Positions 30,273-39,522 of a stretch of DNA of 64,000 nucleotides are shown one piece after another. Below the pieces are notes generated by a model, which was given only the letters and a program-made list of their open reading frames with translations, did not search any database and was not told the origin of the DNA. The DNA comes from Promethearchaeota archaeon (GTDB lineage: Archaea > Asgardarchaeota > Heimdallarchaeia > Hodarchaeales > Hodarchaeaceae). The number at the start of each line of letters is the position of its first letter. The stretch's first letter is position 1. The DNA lies in the NCBI GenBank assembly GCA_048938105.1, contig JBHLMN010000001.1, forward strand, positions 288,001 to 352,000. The letters run 5' to 3'. A program made the translations under genes and the position numbers.

Positions 30273-30428
30273 ATGAAAATATTGAGTGAACTCATCCGAC
30301 AAAGTAAATTCGAAGTTTATGGTGAAGAAATGTTAGAAAAAGAAGTAAAGAAGAGCGGGAATAGCGGTCGGGTATATCTACCACCCTCTTGGATCGGAAA
30401 ACGGGTGAAAATAATTCGAATGGACTGA
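30273..30428 (+). CDS. 51-aa DUF2080/AbrB-like protein (absent from the ORF track)
   Basis: Manual translation MKILSELIRQSKFEVYGEEMLEKEVKKSGNSGRVYLPPSWIGKRVKIIRMD; AGGAG directly upstream; GNSGRVYLP..WIGK.V swapped-hairpin signature. Confidence 0.85.
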   Translation: MKILSELIRQSKFEVYGEEMLEKEVKKSGNSGRVYLPPSWIGKRVKIIRMD

Positions 30429-30449
30429 CGATTTACCTTTTATGATTTC

Positions 30450-31700
30450 TCAATCTGTGTTTGGAACATCCATTATGGATGCTTTCTTATCCTTCTTTTT
30501 TAATAAAGACTGAGTATTGTCGCGAAGCTCGGAAATCATGACCCCTGATTCTTTGTATAAATTATTAACTTGACCCAGATCAAAGTAAAGATCATTTTCA
30601 ATCCATTTATATTTTCGGTACTTATAAAGCGAAATACTGCCAATTCTAGATTCAATAGCGGGAATATCCCTCTGTATGAGAGTCTTGAGCTCTTCAACTG
30701 ATAAATTTGCTAGTTTAGCGAAGTTCTCTGAAACAAAGACTTTACATCTCTCCAGTTCAGTCTTAATCTTTACCAATTCGGCTTGATATTCTACAATAAT
30801 TGGATCTTTTATCTCTCTACAAATTTTTGAGACCATATCATTGTCAACATTAAACAAATACTCATCATAGTACTGAATAGCGATTAAGCTATCTCCCTGG
30901 GCTGCCTTCTCAATTTCTGAAACAATGACTTCAGATGGTAATTGTTGTAACGCCCAAATTGCTTTTCCTTGAACATCTACATCCTTATCTTTAGTTAGCT
31001 GTAATAGAGGAAGAACAGACTCACCACGATTAATTTTTCCCAGAGCTTCTGCAGCATTTGCACGAGTTCCTTTATCTTTATCTTTTAAAGATTTTATTAA
31101 AGCATTAAGAGCCCTTGCATCTTGTAATTCACCAAGACTCCAACTCATTTCTCGTCGAGCATATTCTTCAGGTTCCTTCTCCAGCGCTTTTATCAAAGGT
31201 TCAACAGCACTATGAATCTTAATCTGTCCTATGGCATGAGCAGCATTTTCTCGTATTTCAGAACTTTCATTATCATAAAGGGCTTTGATTAGACTCTGGC
31301 CTGCCTCATTAGCTACATCTCCCATTTCCCCCAATTGTTTAGCAACCATAGCACGAAAGTCTGGATCCTCATCAGATTCTAAATACTTAATAAGGGGGCC
31401 AATAGTTGATTTATTTGCGATTTCGCCTAGAGCTTCAACAGCACCAAATCTTACTGTCCAATAATCTATTGATGGGTTTAATGCGGCTAGTATTTTTGGT
31501 ATAGCCATCTGAGGATTGTTTTTACCCAAGGTAACTAGTTGATTGACTGCTGATGCGCGAATAAGTAACTGATGACTCTCTAACGCTCGTAACATAACAT
31601 CGCACAAAGCATCAGGAGGGAGTTCCTGGTCATCAGGTATTTGCATGATTTTTCGAATAGCAGGATCGATATCTTCATCTTTATCTGGTATCATAGTCAT
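30450..31700 (-). CDS. HEAT/PBS-lyase repeat protein
   Basis: About 7 repeats of the VR..A..ALG.I...A...LI.AL type. Confidence 0.9.
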   Translation of the reverse strand: MTMIPDKDEDIDPAIRKIMQIPDDQELPPDALCDVMLRALESHQLLIRASAVNQLVTLGKNNPQMAIPKILAALNPSIDYWTVRFGAVEALGEIANKSTIGPLIKYLESDEDPDFRAMVAKQLGEMGDVANEAGQSLIKALYDNESSEIRENAAHAIGQIKIHSAVEPLIKALEKEPEEYARREMSWSLGELQDARALNALIKSLKDKDKGTRANAAEALGKINRGESVLPLLQLTKDKDVDVQGKAIWALQQLPSEVIVSEIEKAAQGDSLIAIQYYDEYLFNVDNDMVSKICREIKDPIIVEYQAELVKIKTELERCKVFVSENFAKLANLSVEELKTLIQRDIPAIESRIGSISLYKYRKYKWIENDLYFDLGQVNNLYKESGVMISELRDNTQSLLKKKDKKASIMDVPNTD

Positions 31701-31723
31701 TTCTCCTTAAATAAGTATATTTC

Positions 31724-32233
31724 TTAACCGATCCGAACCTCTACTATTTGTTGCTTCGTTCGCAAGTTAGAAGACAAGAAACGCCCTTCTACTGAAGATA
31801 ATTCCATCATCAGTGGGTTGTTTGTCCAAGAACAACGAATTGAAGCTCCCTCAAAAACCCGTTCTGTTATCTCTGGATTTCCTCGTACTATAACTGGTTC
31901 CTGAAACTCAAATCCATTTTTACTTTTCTTTATTTGTAAAAAGAAAACAGAAAGTGCTATCCCTCGTTTCATCATACTAGAAACATTTTCCTCTACCTCA
32001 ATAGCTTGATTCTCTACGTTCCAAGATATTCGAGCACGAATACGTCTTGGCTCTGGTTGTTCAACATTGATAAATCGCATACCAGTAATGAAGAAACCCG
32101 TCCTATTCCGACCATCTTCATCTTTCAGTCCTTTCACATTGAGATGACTTTCTACATCAATTATGGGGTAGATTTCGATTTTTTTAACTTCATCGATTCG
32201 GGTCATTCTCATTCTCATTCCTAAATGCTGCAT
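31724..32233 (-). CDS. Hypothetical beta-rich protein
   Basis: ORF tightly packed between co-oriented genes; no motif recognised. Confidence 0.7.
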   Translation of the reverse strand: MQHLGMRMRMTRIDEVKKIEIYPIIDVESHLNVKGLKDEDGRNRTGFFITGMRFINVEQPEPRRIRARISWNVENQAIEVEENVSSMMKRGIALSVFFLQIKKSKNGFEFQEPVIVRGNPEITERVFEGASIRCSWTNNPLMMELSSVEGRFLSSNLRTKQQIVEVRIG

Positions 32234-32242
32234 TCATATAAG

Positions 32243-33421
32243 TTAATTAATTGTTTTCAAGAAGGATTCAACATGATCTAAGGCTTCCCTCATCATTGCA
32301 ACGTCTGGGAGTACAACAGATCGGAAATGGCCTTTTCCAAGCTCTCCAAAACCACTTCCAAAAACAAAAAGTACGCCTGTTTCTTGAAGAAGATCCAATA
32401 CAAAACGGCGGTCGTTTATATCTTTGTCAATCCGAGGGAAAGCGTAAAAAGCCCCTCTAGGTGGAATAACAGACAATCCATTCATTTCATTAATTCTTTT
32501 TGAGAAATAGGCAGCACGTTCTTTCAGTTTTCCAATGACTGCAGGTAGAAAATCCATTTCTTTGTTAATAATTTTACTTACTGCTACTTGTACTGGACTA
32601 TTAGCACACAATCGAATCCGTGACTGCTTGGCTAATGCTTCCCAAAATTCTGAGTAGATTTCATCTTCATCTCTTAGTGTTGCCCACCCCAATCGCCAGC
32701 CTGGGGAAAGTAACGTTTTTGAAATACCATTTAACTCTAAAATTGGTATATCGGTTAATGAAGCTGTTGATCGAAAATTACTCTCAAAAGTTAGTAAATC
32801 ATAAATTTCATCAGAGATTAGTAAAAGATTGTGCTCACCTGCGAGATCTGTTATCTTTTTCACAATATTTTGAGAATAAACTGCTCCAGTGGGATTATTA
32901 GGATTGATTATAATAATTGCTTGAGTTTTTGGAGATATTTTTCTTCGAATATCTTCTACATCAGGCTGCCATTCTTTTGATTCTTGGGTATGATATTCAA
33001 TCGGCACAATATTATGATACTTAAAATATGATAAATATGGAGGATAAGAGGGAGAAGGGACTAAAACTTCAGTTCCAGCCTTTAAACTTGCAGATATGAA
33101 TGATATTGCTTCAGATACTCCTGATGTAACCAAGATCTTACTAGGGTCTAGGTTTGTTCCCCAAAGTCGTCTTTGCCTTTTAACTATTTCTTCTCGTAAC
33201 GTAGGATCCCCTGTGGAATCGCTGTAGTAATTAGCCTTATCTTTTGTCACAGCTTCCAACAAAGCCTGTTTAAGAAAGTCAGGAGTATCAAAGTCAAATT
33301 TATCTGGATCACCAATGTTAAAGTAATAAAGCTTTTTTCCCTGTTCTTCTACCTTTTTGGCTAGAAGTACTATATCTCTAATTGCATATTTTATATTAAT
33401 AACATTAGGAGAGAGTTCCAT
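32243..33421 (-). CDS. Alanine aminotransferase (AlaA/AlaAT-type, class I)
   Basis: IKYAIRD, NIGDP, GVSEAI, INPNNPTG, SDEIYD, NGISK, PGWRLG, RLCAN; start probably ATG 33421. Confidence 0.88.
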   Translation of the reverse strand: MELSPNVINIKYAIRDIVLLAKKVEEQGKKLYYFNIGDPDKFDFDTPDFLKQALLEAVTKDKANYYSDSTGDPTLREEIVKRQRRLWGTNLDPSKILVTSGVSEAISFISASLKAGTEVLVPSPSYPPYLSYFKYHNIVPIEYHTQESKEWQPDVEDIRRKISPKTQAIIIINPNNPTGAVYSQNIVKKITDLAGEHNLLLISDEIYDLLTFESNFRSTASLTDIPILELNGISKTLLSPGWRLGWATLRDEDEIYSEFWEALAKQSRIRLCANSPVQVAVSKIINKEMDFLPAVIGKLKERAAYFSKRINEMNGLSVIPPRGAFYAFPRIDKDINDRRFVLDLLQETGVLFVFGSGFGELGKGHFRSVVLPDVAMMREALDHVESFLKTIN

Positions 33422-33658
33422 ACGGGTACCTTCTTTAAATGCGTACATGCATTTTTCTGTATCTAACAAAGAAGAATTAACCTGGAAGAACAGTAAGGAG
33501 TTGTTAATTACGTTGTTTAATCAACATTTACTTAAACTCTTCTATTTCTCTAGACAAGTATCCTATGATTTTCAGAATTATTATTTCAAAAAATGATCTT
33601 CCTTTTGCAAGCCTTTTTTAAATTTAAAAAAATGAGGATGAATAATTCATAATGACAC

Positions 33659-34366
33659 TTGAGGAAGGTAATTTCTTTGAGTACTGATGTAGAATCATTA
33701 TCTGTACTTATTACTTCTATTGTAGATCTTGGAGCTAAAATTTGTGTTTTATCAGACATTTCAGGGTTACCTATTGTTACTCGTTCGAAAATAGACACAG
33801 AAGATGTAGAAATTGCACTTAGTGCTCTTAGTAGCCTCGTCATTTCAACAGGAGATACTATTGCTCGAGAGTTAGAAGGAAATTTTGTGAATATGTCTGT
33901 TCGAACCAGTGGTGGTTTACTCCTCTCTACTGTTATCGATTCAAACCCCAAGGTAGTACTTACGGCTATTGTTGATGAAAATCTTGAAACCACTATTATC
34001 CACGAAATGCGTCGTCTTCAACCAATTATCTCTAATGCTATTGAAGGAGTAGCCATTGAAATAAAAGAACGTGAAAGACTTCAGGCTCCTAATCAACGAA
34101 AGATTCTCACATTCTTTGATTCATTTTCTCTAAAAGTAAACCAATCAGACTCTCCGAATAATCTAGTTAGTATTATTCAAGCAGCGAAGGATGATCTATT
34201 TACATTAGTTAATTCAGGTACAATTTCCTATGAAATGAATAGATTTGCTCTTATGTTGGAAAAACAAATCCAATATAAATCTGTCAGCCCAGAAATTTTA
34301 TCAAAGATAAAGGTAGAAATAAACAATGCTGTAGAAGACTGGAAAAGACGACTCTTACCTGAATAG
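33659..34366 (+). CDS. Roadblock-domain protein with C-terminal helical domain
   Basis: ICVLSDISGLPI...ALSALSSLVISTGDTIAREL...VVLTAIV. Confidence 0.75.
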   Translation: MRKVISLSTDVESLSVLITSIVDLGAKICVLSDISGLPIVTRSKIDTEDVEIALSALSSLVISTGDTIARELEGNFVNMSVRTSGGLLLSTVIDSNPKVVLTAIVDENLETTIIHEMRRLQPIISNAIEGVAIEIKERERLQAPNQRKILTFFDSFSLKVNQSDSPNNLVSIIQAAKDDLFTLVNSGTISYEMNRFALMLEKQIQYKSVSPEILSKIKVEINNAVEDWKRRLLPE

Positions 34367-34902
34367 ATCTAATTAATCTGTTTTTTTATAGAAGAACCTA
34401 CTTTTACATTCACTTTTTATAATGAATAGAATCACTTGTTAGTGATCACTAGCATATTAATTATTCAATAAGTAAAAATGTATTATTTGTAAATTATAGC
34501 AACAAGAGAACTCCAATATGGAGACCAGATAACGATAAGACCCTGTAAATTAATAAGAGGAATTTCAGTAAAATCTAAACTGAGATAAGGTGTATTCTGC
34601 AAGAGCTCATAGGTAAGTATTTAATTATTGTCTAATAACAATATGCCTCTAGCAATATTCATCCTTGAAAATTGTTCCATAGTACGTCGTGATCTCATGC
34701 CTCGGATATCATTAGGTTTATCCTCATCCGAGATCTGAAAGTGCTTCATGTGATATGACTTTCACATTCTTTCAAGCTATTGCCTCATGTTTGAGCATCC
34801 ATCTGTCGAAGTAAAAAACGTTAAGAAGGGCTCTATTTTCGCAAAAAAAAGAATCGTCTATACGGGAAAACTTATAATCTAAGATGTGTTAGAATTATAC
34901 AA

Positions 34903-34970
34903 GAAAGAAAGGGCTTCAGTTCGTTTAACTCTTTTATGGTTACCGCAAACCGCCTTTTCTTTCACCTTTT
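34903..34970 (+). ncRNA. Candidate small hairpin ncRNA
   Basis: GAAAGAAAGGGC/GCCTTTTCTTTC stem (one G-U on +), inner TAAC/GTTA; BRE-TATA-like GAAAACTTATAA ending 25 nt upstream; T-run downstream. Confidence 0.35.
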
Positions 34971-35262
34971 CTCCCAAACAATAATTTCTCCATGTTTTAT
35001 TTGATTCCTACCGTTTTTAGCTATGGCTAGTTTTTCTATTATTAAGTGTCATGGGTGTGTAGAAGCAACCCAGCAAAAAATTTTTTGTCGGCTTCTTTTT
35101 CTTTATATTACTATTATTGGCTCTTTTACTTCCTGAGAAAAACGACAAAAAAGATGAGAAACTATGTTAAGGATGTTTACCTCTCAACCATATTGAAGAA
35201 TTCATTAAAGTGTGTCATTCTGGTAAAAAAAGTTGAAAAATCCTTTTACGAATGAAAAATAA

Positions 35263-35967
35263 CTATTCTGCTGAAAGGCCTATTAAAAAGTTCATGATTG
35301 AACTAGCATTATCAGAACTTTCACGCTGGATCCCGCAATTCGCACACACAGAGTACGGGGCACCATGACTTTTTCCCCAGTAATTTATTTTGTAAGTACC
35401 TTGCCAGAACTTACCTCCACACGCACAATCATCGCCAGGGGTTTCTATGAAATTTGTTTCTATTTGGCGCACCTGACCTACAACTTTACGTAGATAAATA
35501 CTGGGATTACTTATTTTATGAATACTTTCTGGATCAAATCTTGTTTCGAAAAATGAAATTTCGTGTAATTGAGGATATTGACTAAGATAATCTATCTGCA
35601 GCAATTCTGGAGTCAAAATTCCGTTTGTTACAAATATAAAGTGTATTTTATCTATATTTTCTCCCTGAATTTGCGCAATACTATCATTAAGGGCGACATC
35701 TCCTGGAAAATGAGCTATTAATTCATCAAACTCAACAGATTTTACAAAGGTTTTTCTACTATTAGGATCCAATGTGAAAATATCGGCGATCTCTCCATTG
35801 ATTAATGGAAGAAGAGGCTTAATATCACTTCGTGAGGCTAAGGGGGTTGTTGTTCGTGATAATGCATGATGAGCTATTCTATGACTGTTCGTTTTTAGAT
35901 AATCAATGATCACTCTGAGGTATAAGAATCGTTTACGGTCAGATGAGGGGCTTCTAGCTTCAGACAT
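35263..35967 (-). CDS. Hypothetical protein with C-terminal zinc ribbon
   Basis: CACGG...VCANCG at the C-terminus; GGAG SD. Confidence 0.75.
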   Translation of the reverse strand: MSEARSPSSDRKRFLYLRVIIDYLKTNSHRIAHHALSRTTTPLASRSDIKPLLPLINGEIADIFTLDPNSRKTFVKSVEFDELIAHFPGDVALNDSIAQIQGENIDKIHFIFVTNGILTPELLQIDYLSQYPQLHEISFFETRFDPESIHKISNPSIYLRKVVGQVRQIETNFIETPGDDCACGGKFWQGTYKINYWGKSHGAPYSVCANCGIQRESSDNASSIMNFLIGLSAE

Positions 35968-36113
35968 TTAGGTATACTCCTTCTACTCATTCATATGACC
36001 CTTTACTTTTTTTGTTTTTCTAAACTTCAAAAGTACTTAAATAAGAAATTAAATTCTTTTTCAACATCTTCTATTAATGTTTGAAATTTCTACCTCTATT
36101 CTGGGTTTTCTTT

Positions 36114-37286
36114 ATGTCATTATCACATTCATCAAAGCGAATATTAGTTGTTGGTCGAGAAGTTGGACCTATCACACAGTTACTTAAAGAAAAAGATCCT
36201 AAGGTGTCAATAGGGGCAGTGGATGTGTTAGGGAACAAAGAAACTCGTCGTTATGCTGATTGGAAATTTTCTGTAGAAAAGCAGTCTCCTAATGTCTCTA
36301 TTTACCGTTATAAACATCGTTCAGTTCTTGATCTTCTTTTTGAACTCGCATTAATTATGCTAGAGGATCTGGAATTTGATCTGTTGATTCCTCTGTCTCC
36401 TTTTCAGATTAAACCTCAATATATTCTCAGATTATCTCGGGAAGTCGAAGTTTATGCCCCAAATTATAAATCACTAGAGAAAGCTTCATCTGCGTATACG
36501 TTTTTGACTCAAATTTTAGCTGATTTTTCTGAGATAATTCCTCCAAATTCTTTTATTTCTGATCTTTCTAAGATCCCTTCAATCGAATTTCCAGGAATTT
36601 ATGTTTCAAAAAATCAAACATATTGTCTTTCTTCTAGAGCAGTTATTTCATCTATTGATTCATCAAACAAGTCTGGGTTTCTTCTTCCTCTTTCTAGAAT
36701 TCACTGTGCATTCTTCATTGCTCTTCCTCATTGTATCAATTTCCATGGCTTTCAAACACTCTCTTATCCTCACGAACACTCTTTCTTTTTTAAACATCTC
36801 GAGAAAAATGCCCTTATCCCCTTTTCCTTACCACAAAGTCACTCTTATGAAAGAATCATCTCATTTCTGTCTGAAATTATCACTCAATTAGGATTTACTG
36901 GTATGATTACTATCTATTTCGGATTATCAGAGGATAGGATATTTCCTGTTTCTTGTAATCTCCTCCCTGATGAAAATCTTGACCTTTGGGAGAGTCGATC
37001 TTCAAAACCACTAATTTCACATTTTTTTTCTCCACAAGAAGAACAAGAACCTGTTACATCTTCCTCCAACTTCGCATTTAAACTCCCTATTTATTCTCAT
37101 CGTCCTATTAAAGTTCCCTTACTACCTGAAAACCTTTGTTGCCAACAAAATTTAACTGGGGTGATTTCACATCCAGACTATCCCCTTTGTGCGCTCTTAG
37201 ACTCAAATCCCTCTGCCTCAGTCGCGCAGAACCTATTCCAACAGAAAAAAATGAAAATCTTAAACATCCTTAATCCGAAAGCCTAA
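36114..37286 (+). CDS. Divergent ATP-grasp-like protein (COG2232-like)
   Basis: ILVVG..., GAVDVLGN, LGFTGMITIYF, PDYPLCALL resemble the archaeal ATP-grasp family; the EINPR-type motif is degenerate (SCNLL). Confidence 0.5.
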   Translation: MSLSHSSKRILVVGREVGPITQLLKEKDPKVSIGAVDVLGNKETRRYADWKFSVEKQSPNVSIYRYKHRSVLDLLFELALIMLEDLEFDLLIPLSPFQIKPQYILRLSREVEVYAPNYKSLEKASSAYTFLTQILADFSEIIPPNSFISDLSKIPSIEFPGIYVSKNQTYCLSSRAVISSIDSSNKSGFLLPLSRIHCAFFIALPHCINFHGFQTLSYPHEHSFFFKHLEKNALIPFSLPQSHSYERIISFLSEIITQLGFTGMITIYFGLSEDRIFPVSCNLLPDENLDLWESRSSKPLISHFFSPQEEQEPVTSSSNFAFKLPIYSHRPIKVPLLPENLCCQQNLTGVISHPDYPLCALLDSNPSASVAQNLFQQKKMKILNILNPKA

Positions 37287-37627
37287 ATTTTTGTTCTTGG
37301 TTTTGTTATTTGCCAGGTTCCTTCACAAATTCCATTTAAATCTTCTTGGGATTATAATTAAGAAATTTAGCTTTTCCTTCTTTCTACTTAAAAAATTCGT
37401 TCGAATAATAAGATTGGTCAATAAAAGTTTATTATCAAAAAATGATAGTCTTTTAGAGATGTATTGCTGCAGAAATCCTTTAAACCTCTATTATTGAAGA
37501 TCTATTCTATTAATTATGACCTTAATATGGAAAGTATAAACATAGAAACCTCTATTAATCATTTAGAGGCAAAAGAAAATGGAAACCTTTATGAATCATA
37601 TTTTTTTCAAGACACATAGGTGTTAAA

Positions 37628-38035
37628 GTGGTTGGAACTGAGTCAGAAGCTAATTTTGTAAGAGACGCTTTTAAAAAATGCAGTCCCGAACTTGCTTTCA
37701 GGTTTTACGGCAGTAATGGTAAAGTAATCGCAACAATTTCAAATTTATCAGAATTGATCTCTACTTTACCCGAGATTCCAGCCACAATTGCACAATTTCA
37801 TATCTTTCGAGAAACAACTCAAGATCTTTTCGAACTAAAACAACTTGACGGCCCAGTAGTACGTTCTGATCTTGCTTTGTGGATTAACTATGTCTTAGGT
37901 GATGTGGAACTTTCTCGTAGAGTATATGAACTTGGAAAAATGGAATCTACTAATCCAGAAGCTCTTAAACGGCAAATTATTGAATTACTAAAACAAAGAG
38001 AACGAGAACTAATTAACTTGATTCGTCCATCTTAG
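37628..38035 (+). CDS. DUF5752-like protein
   Basis: AFRFY...SNLSEL...FH...SDLALWINYVLGDVELS. Confidence 0.7.
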   Translation: MVGTESEANFVRDAFKKCSPELAFRFYGSNGKVIATISNLSELISTLPEIPATIAQFHIFRETTQDLFELKQLDGPVVRSDLALWINYVLGDVELSRRVYELGKMESTNPEALKRQIIELLKQRERELINLIRPS

Positions 38036-38224
38036 ATCATTACTCAAACGTAATTAAAGGTTCTCTTTTCATTTAACATATTTGCAATTCTAATAAATAA
38101 CATCCAAAAAAGTCACTAGAAATCTTTTACAGCGTTCATTCATCATAATATTTTATTCCCCAAACTTTCAAAAATTATCCAAGATTCAAATAATCCAATT
38201 GCTTCCTTAAAGGATGATGAATTC

Positions 38225-39463
38225 ATGCATATCCTTCGACGAATATTCCGTATAGATCCTCAACGTGACTTTTCAAAAGCACGAGAAGCTTTTGATCAAG
38301 GGAAATACGCCTTAGCTTCTAAAATATTTCTAAAAACTCATAATCAATTTGATACTATCGATATGAAAATCATTTCTCTGGAGAATGCAGCCATAGCAGC
38401 AGAATATGCTGATATGTTTGATAGATCACTAGAACTTTATTACCGTACTGTTCTCATCAAATTAGACACCGATCAGCTCCCCAAAGAGGTATTATTAGAT
38501 ATAGATAAGGCCTTACACATGGCACAACAATGTGAAAAACCCTCTATTTCTATAAATAAATTATTCTTAATGAAATTTTTGATTTTTCTATCCCAAAAGG
38601 ATTTTAACCAATTAAACTCATTATATAAGAAGCTCAACTTCGAAATTTCAGATAAATATAGTAAGGCGATTGAAAAAACTTGGCTTTTAATCCATTCTTC
38701 CGATACTTTCGAGAAAAAAGAAACCCTTCCACAGGTTGATCTTCCAAATGAATTCTACAGCATTTTGGAAGCTGCTGAACAAGTCATGCAAAGATGTTCA
38801 TTGTGTGAAATCGCGTTGAGAACTAATGATCAATCTGAGCATATAGAAAAAGGCACCGAGTTTTCACTGTCTGCTACACTGACTGCATATGCCCATTTAT
38901 CCATTCAGAAGACTCATCTAAAAACGGGAACGAAAGGAAGAGTTCTGACCTCATCAGAACCGGAATTTCCTTTAAGATTGAGTGCAGGTGAAAATTATTC
39001 AATTATCTATTCTCTTATTCCCAATTTACCAGGAGAGTGGTTGTTAGGTCCACTATCTTTGGTTTATTCTATTCCATCTGAAACAGGAGAATATCCAGTA
39101 GCATCAAAACCTATCTTGATCACAGTTGAAGATGCAGCGCCCGCATTACGATTATCTATGGAATCGGAGACTATTGAGGAAGATCTGGAATACTTGATAA
39201 TTATTTCTGCTGAAAACGTTGGGAAAACTGCCCTTCAAGATGTGAAGATTGTTTCAGAGGTTCCAGAGGGAGTTAAAATTCACGAGGGAACCAGAGAGAA
39301 ACATATCAGTACTTTAGGAGAAGGAGAGTCATTTCAATATGAAATTAATGTTCAGTTTGAACTAGATCGAACTCATTTTTCAGGGTACATAATTAAAGCA
39401 AATGGATACATTGAAGACAATAAAAGACTTTCAAAGTGTTCTATTAGACTAGGAGGCAAATGA
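38225..39463 (+). CDS. TPR/alpha-solenoid plus two Ig-like (CARDB/BatD-like) domains
   Basis: AREAFDQGKYALA TPR; LSAGENYSIIYSL..GEWLLGPLSLVY and AENVGKTALQDVKI...LGEGES beta-sandwich patterns; no signal peptide. Confidence 0.75.
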   Translation: MHILRRIFRIDPQRDFSKAREAFDQGKYALASKIFLKTHNQFDTIDMKIISLENAAIAAEYADMFDRSLELYYRTVLIKLDTDQLPKEVLLDIDKALHMAQQCEKPSISINKLFLMKFLIFLSQKDFNQLNSLYKKLNFEISDKYSKAIEKTWLLIHSSDTFEKKETLPQVDLPNEFYSILEAAEQVMQRCSLCEIALRTNDQSEHIEKGTEFSLSATLTAYAHLSIQKTHLKTGTKGRVLTSSEPEFPLRLSAGENYSIIYSLIPNLPGEWLLGPLSLVYSIPSETGEYPVASKPILITVEDAAPALRLSMESETIEEDLEYLIIISAENVGKTALQDVKIVSEVPEGVKIHEGTREKHISTLGEGESFQYEINVQFELDRTHFSGYIIKANGYIEDNKRLSKCSIRLGGK

Positions 39464-39522
39464 AAACTAATTTAACGTACAGGTTCAAGTTTAATGGCTT
39501 TTGAAAGAATAAATCCAGTTGA

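Noticed and set aside
30273-30428. Mobile element suggested by the transposase-associated label of DUF2080
   Set aside because: No transposase, terminal inverted repeats or target duplications were seen nearby
34483-34749. Minus-strand 42-aa ORF followed in frame by 45 more codons after a TAA (possible pseudogene or readthrough)
   Set aside because: No recognisable homology; TAA is not a recoded codon; compatible with chance
35046-35255. 69-aa ORF; similarly 37291..37497
   Set aside because: Low-complexity F/L/K/Y translations of AT-rich intergenic DNA with weak starts
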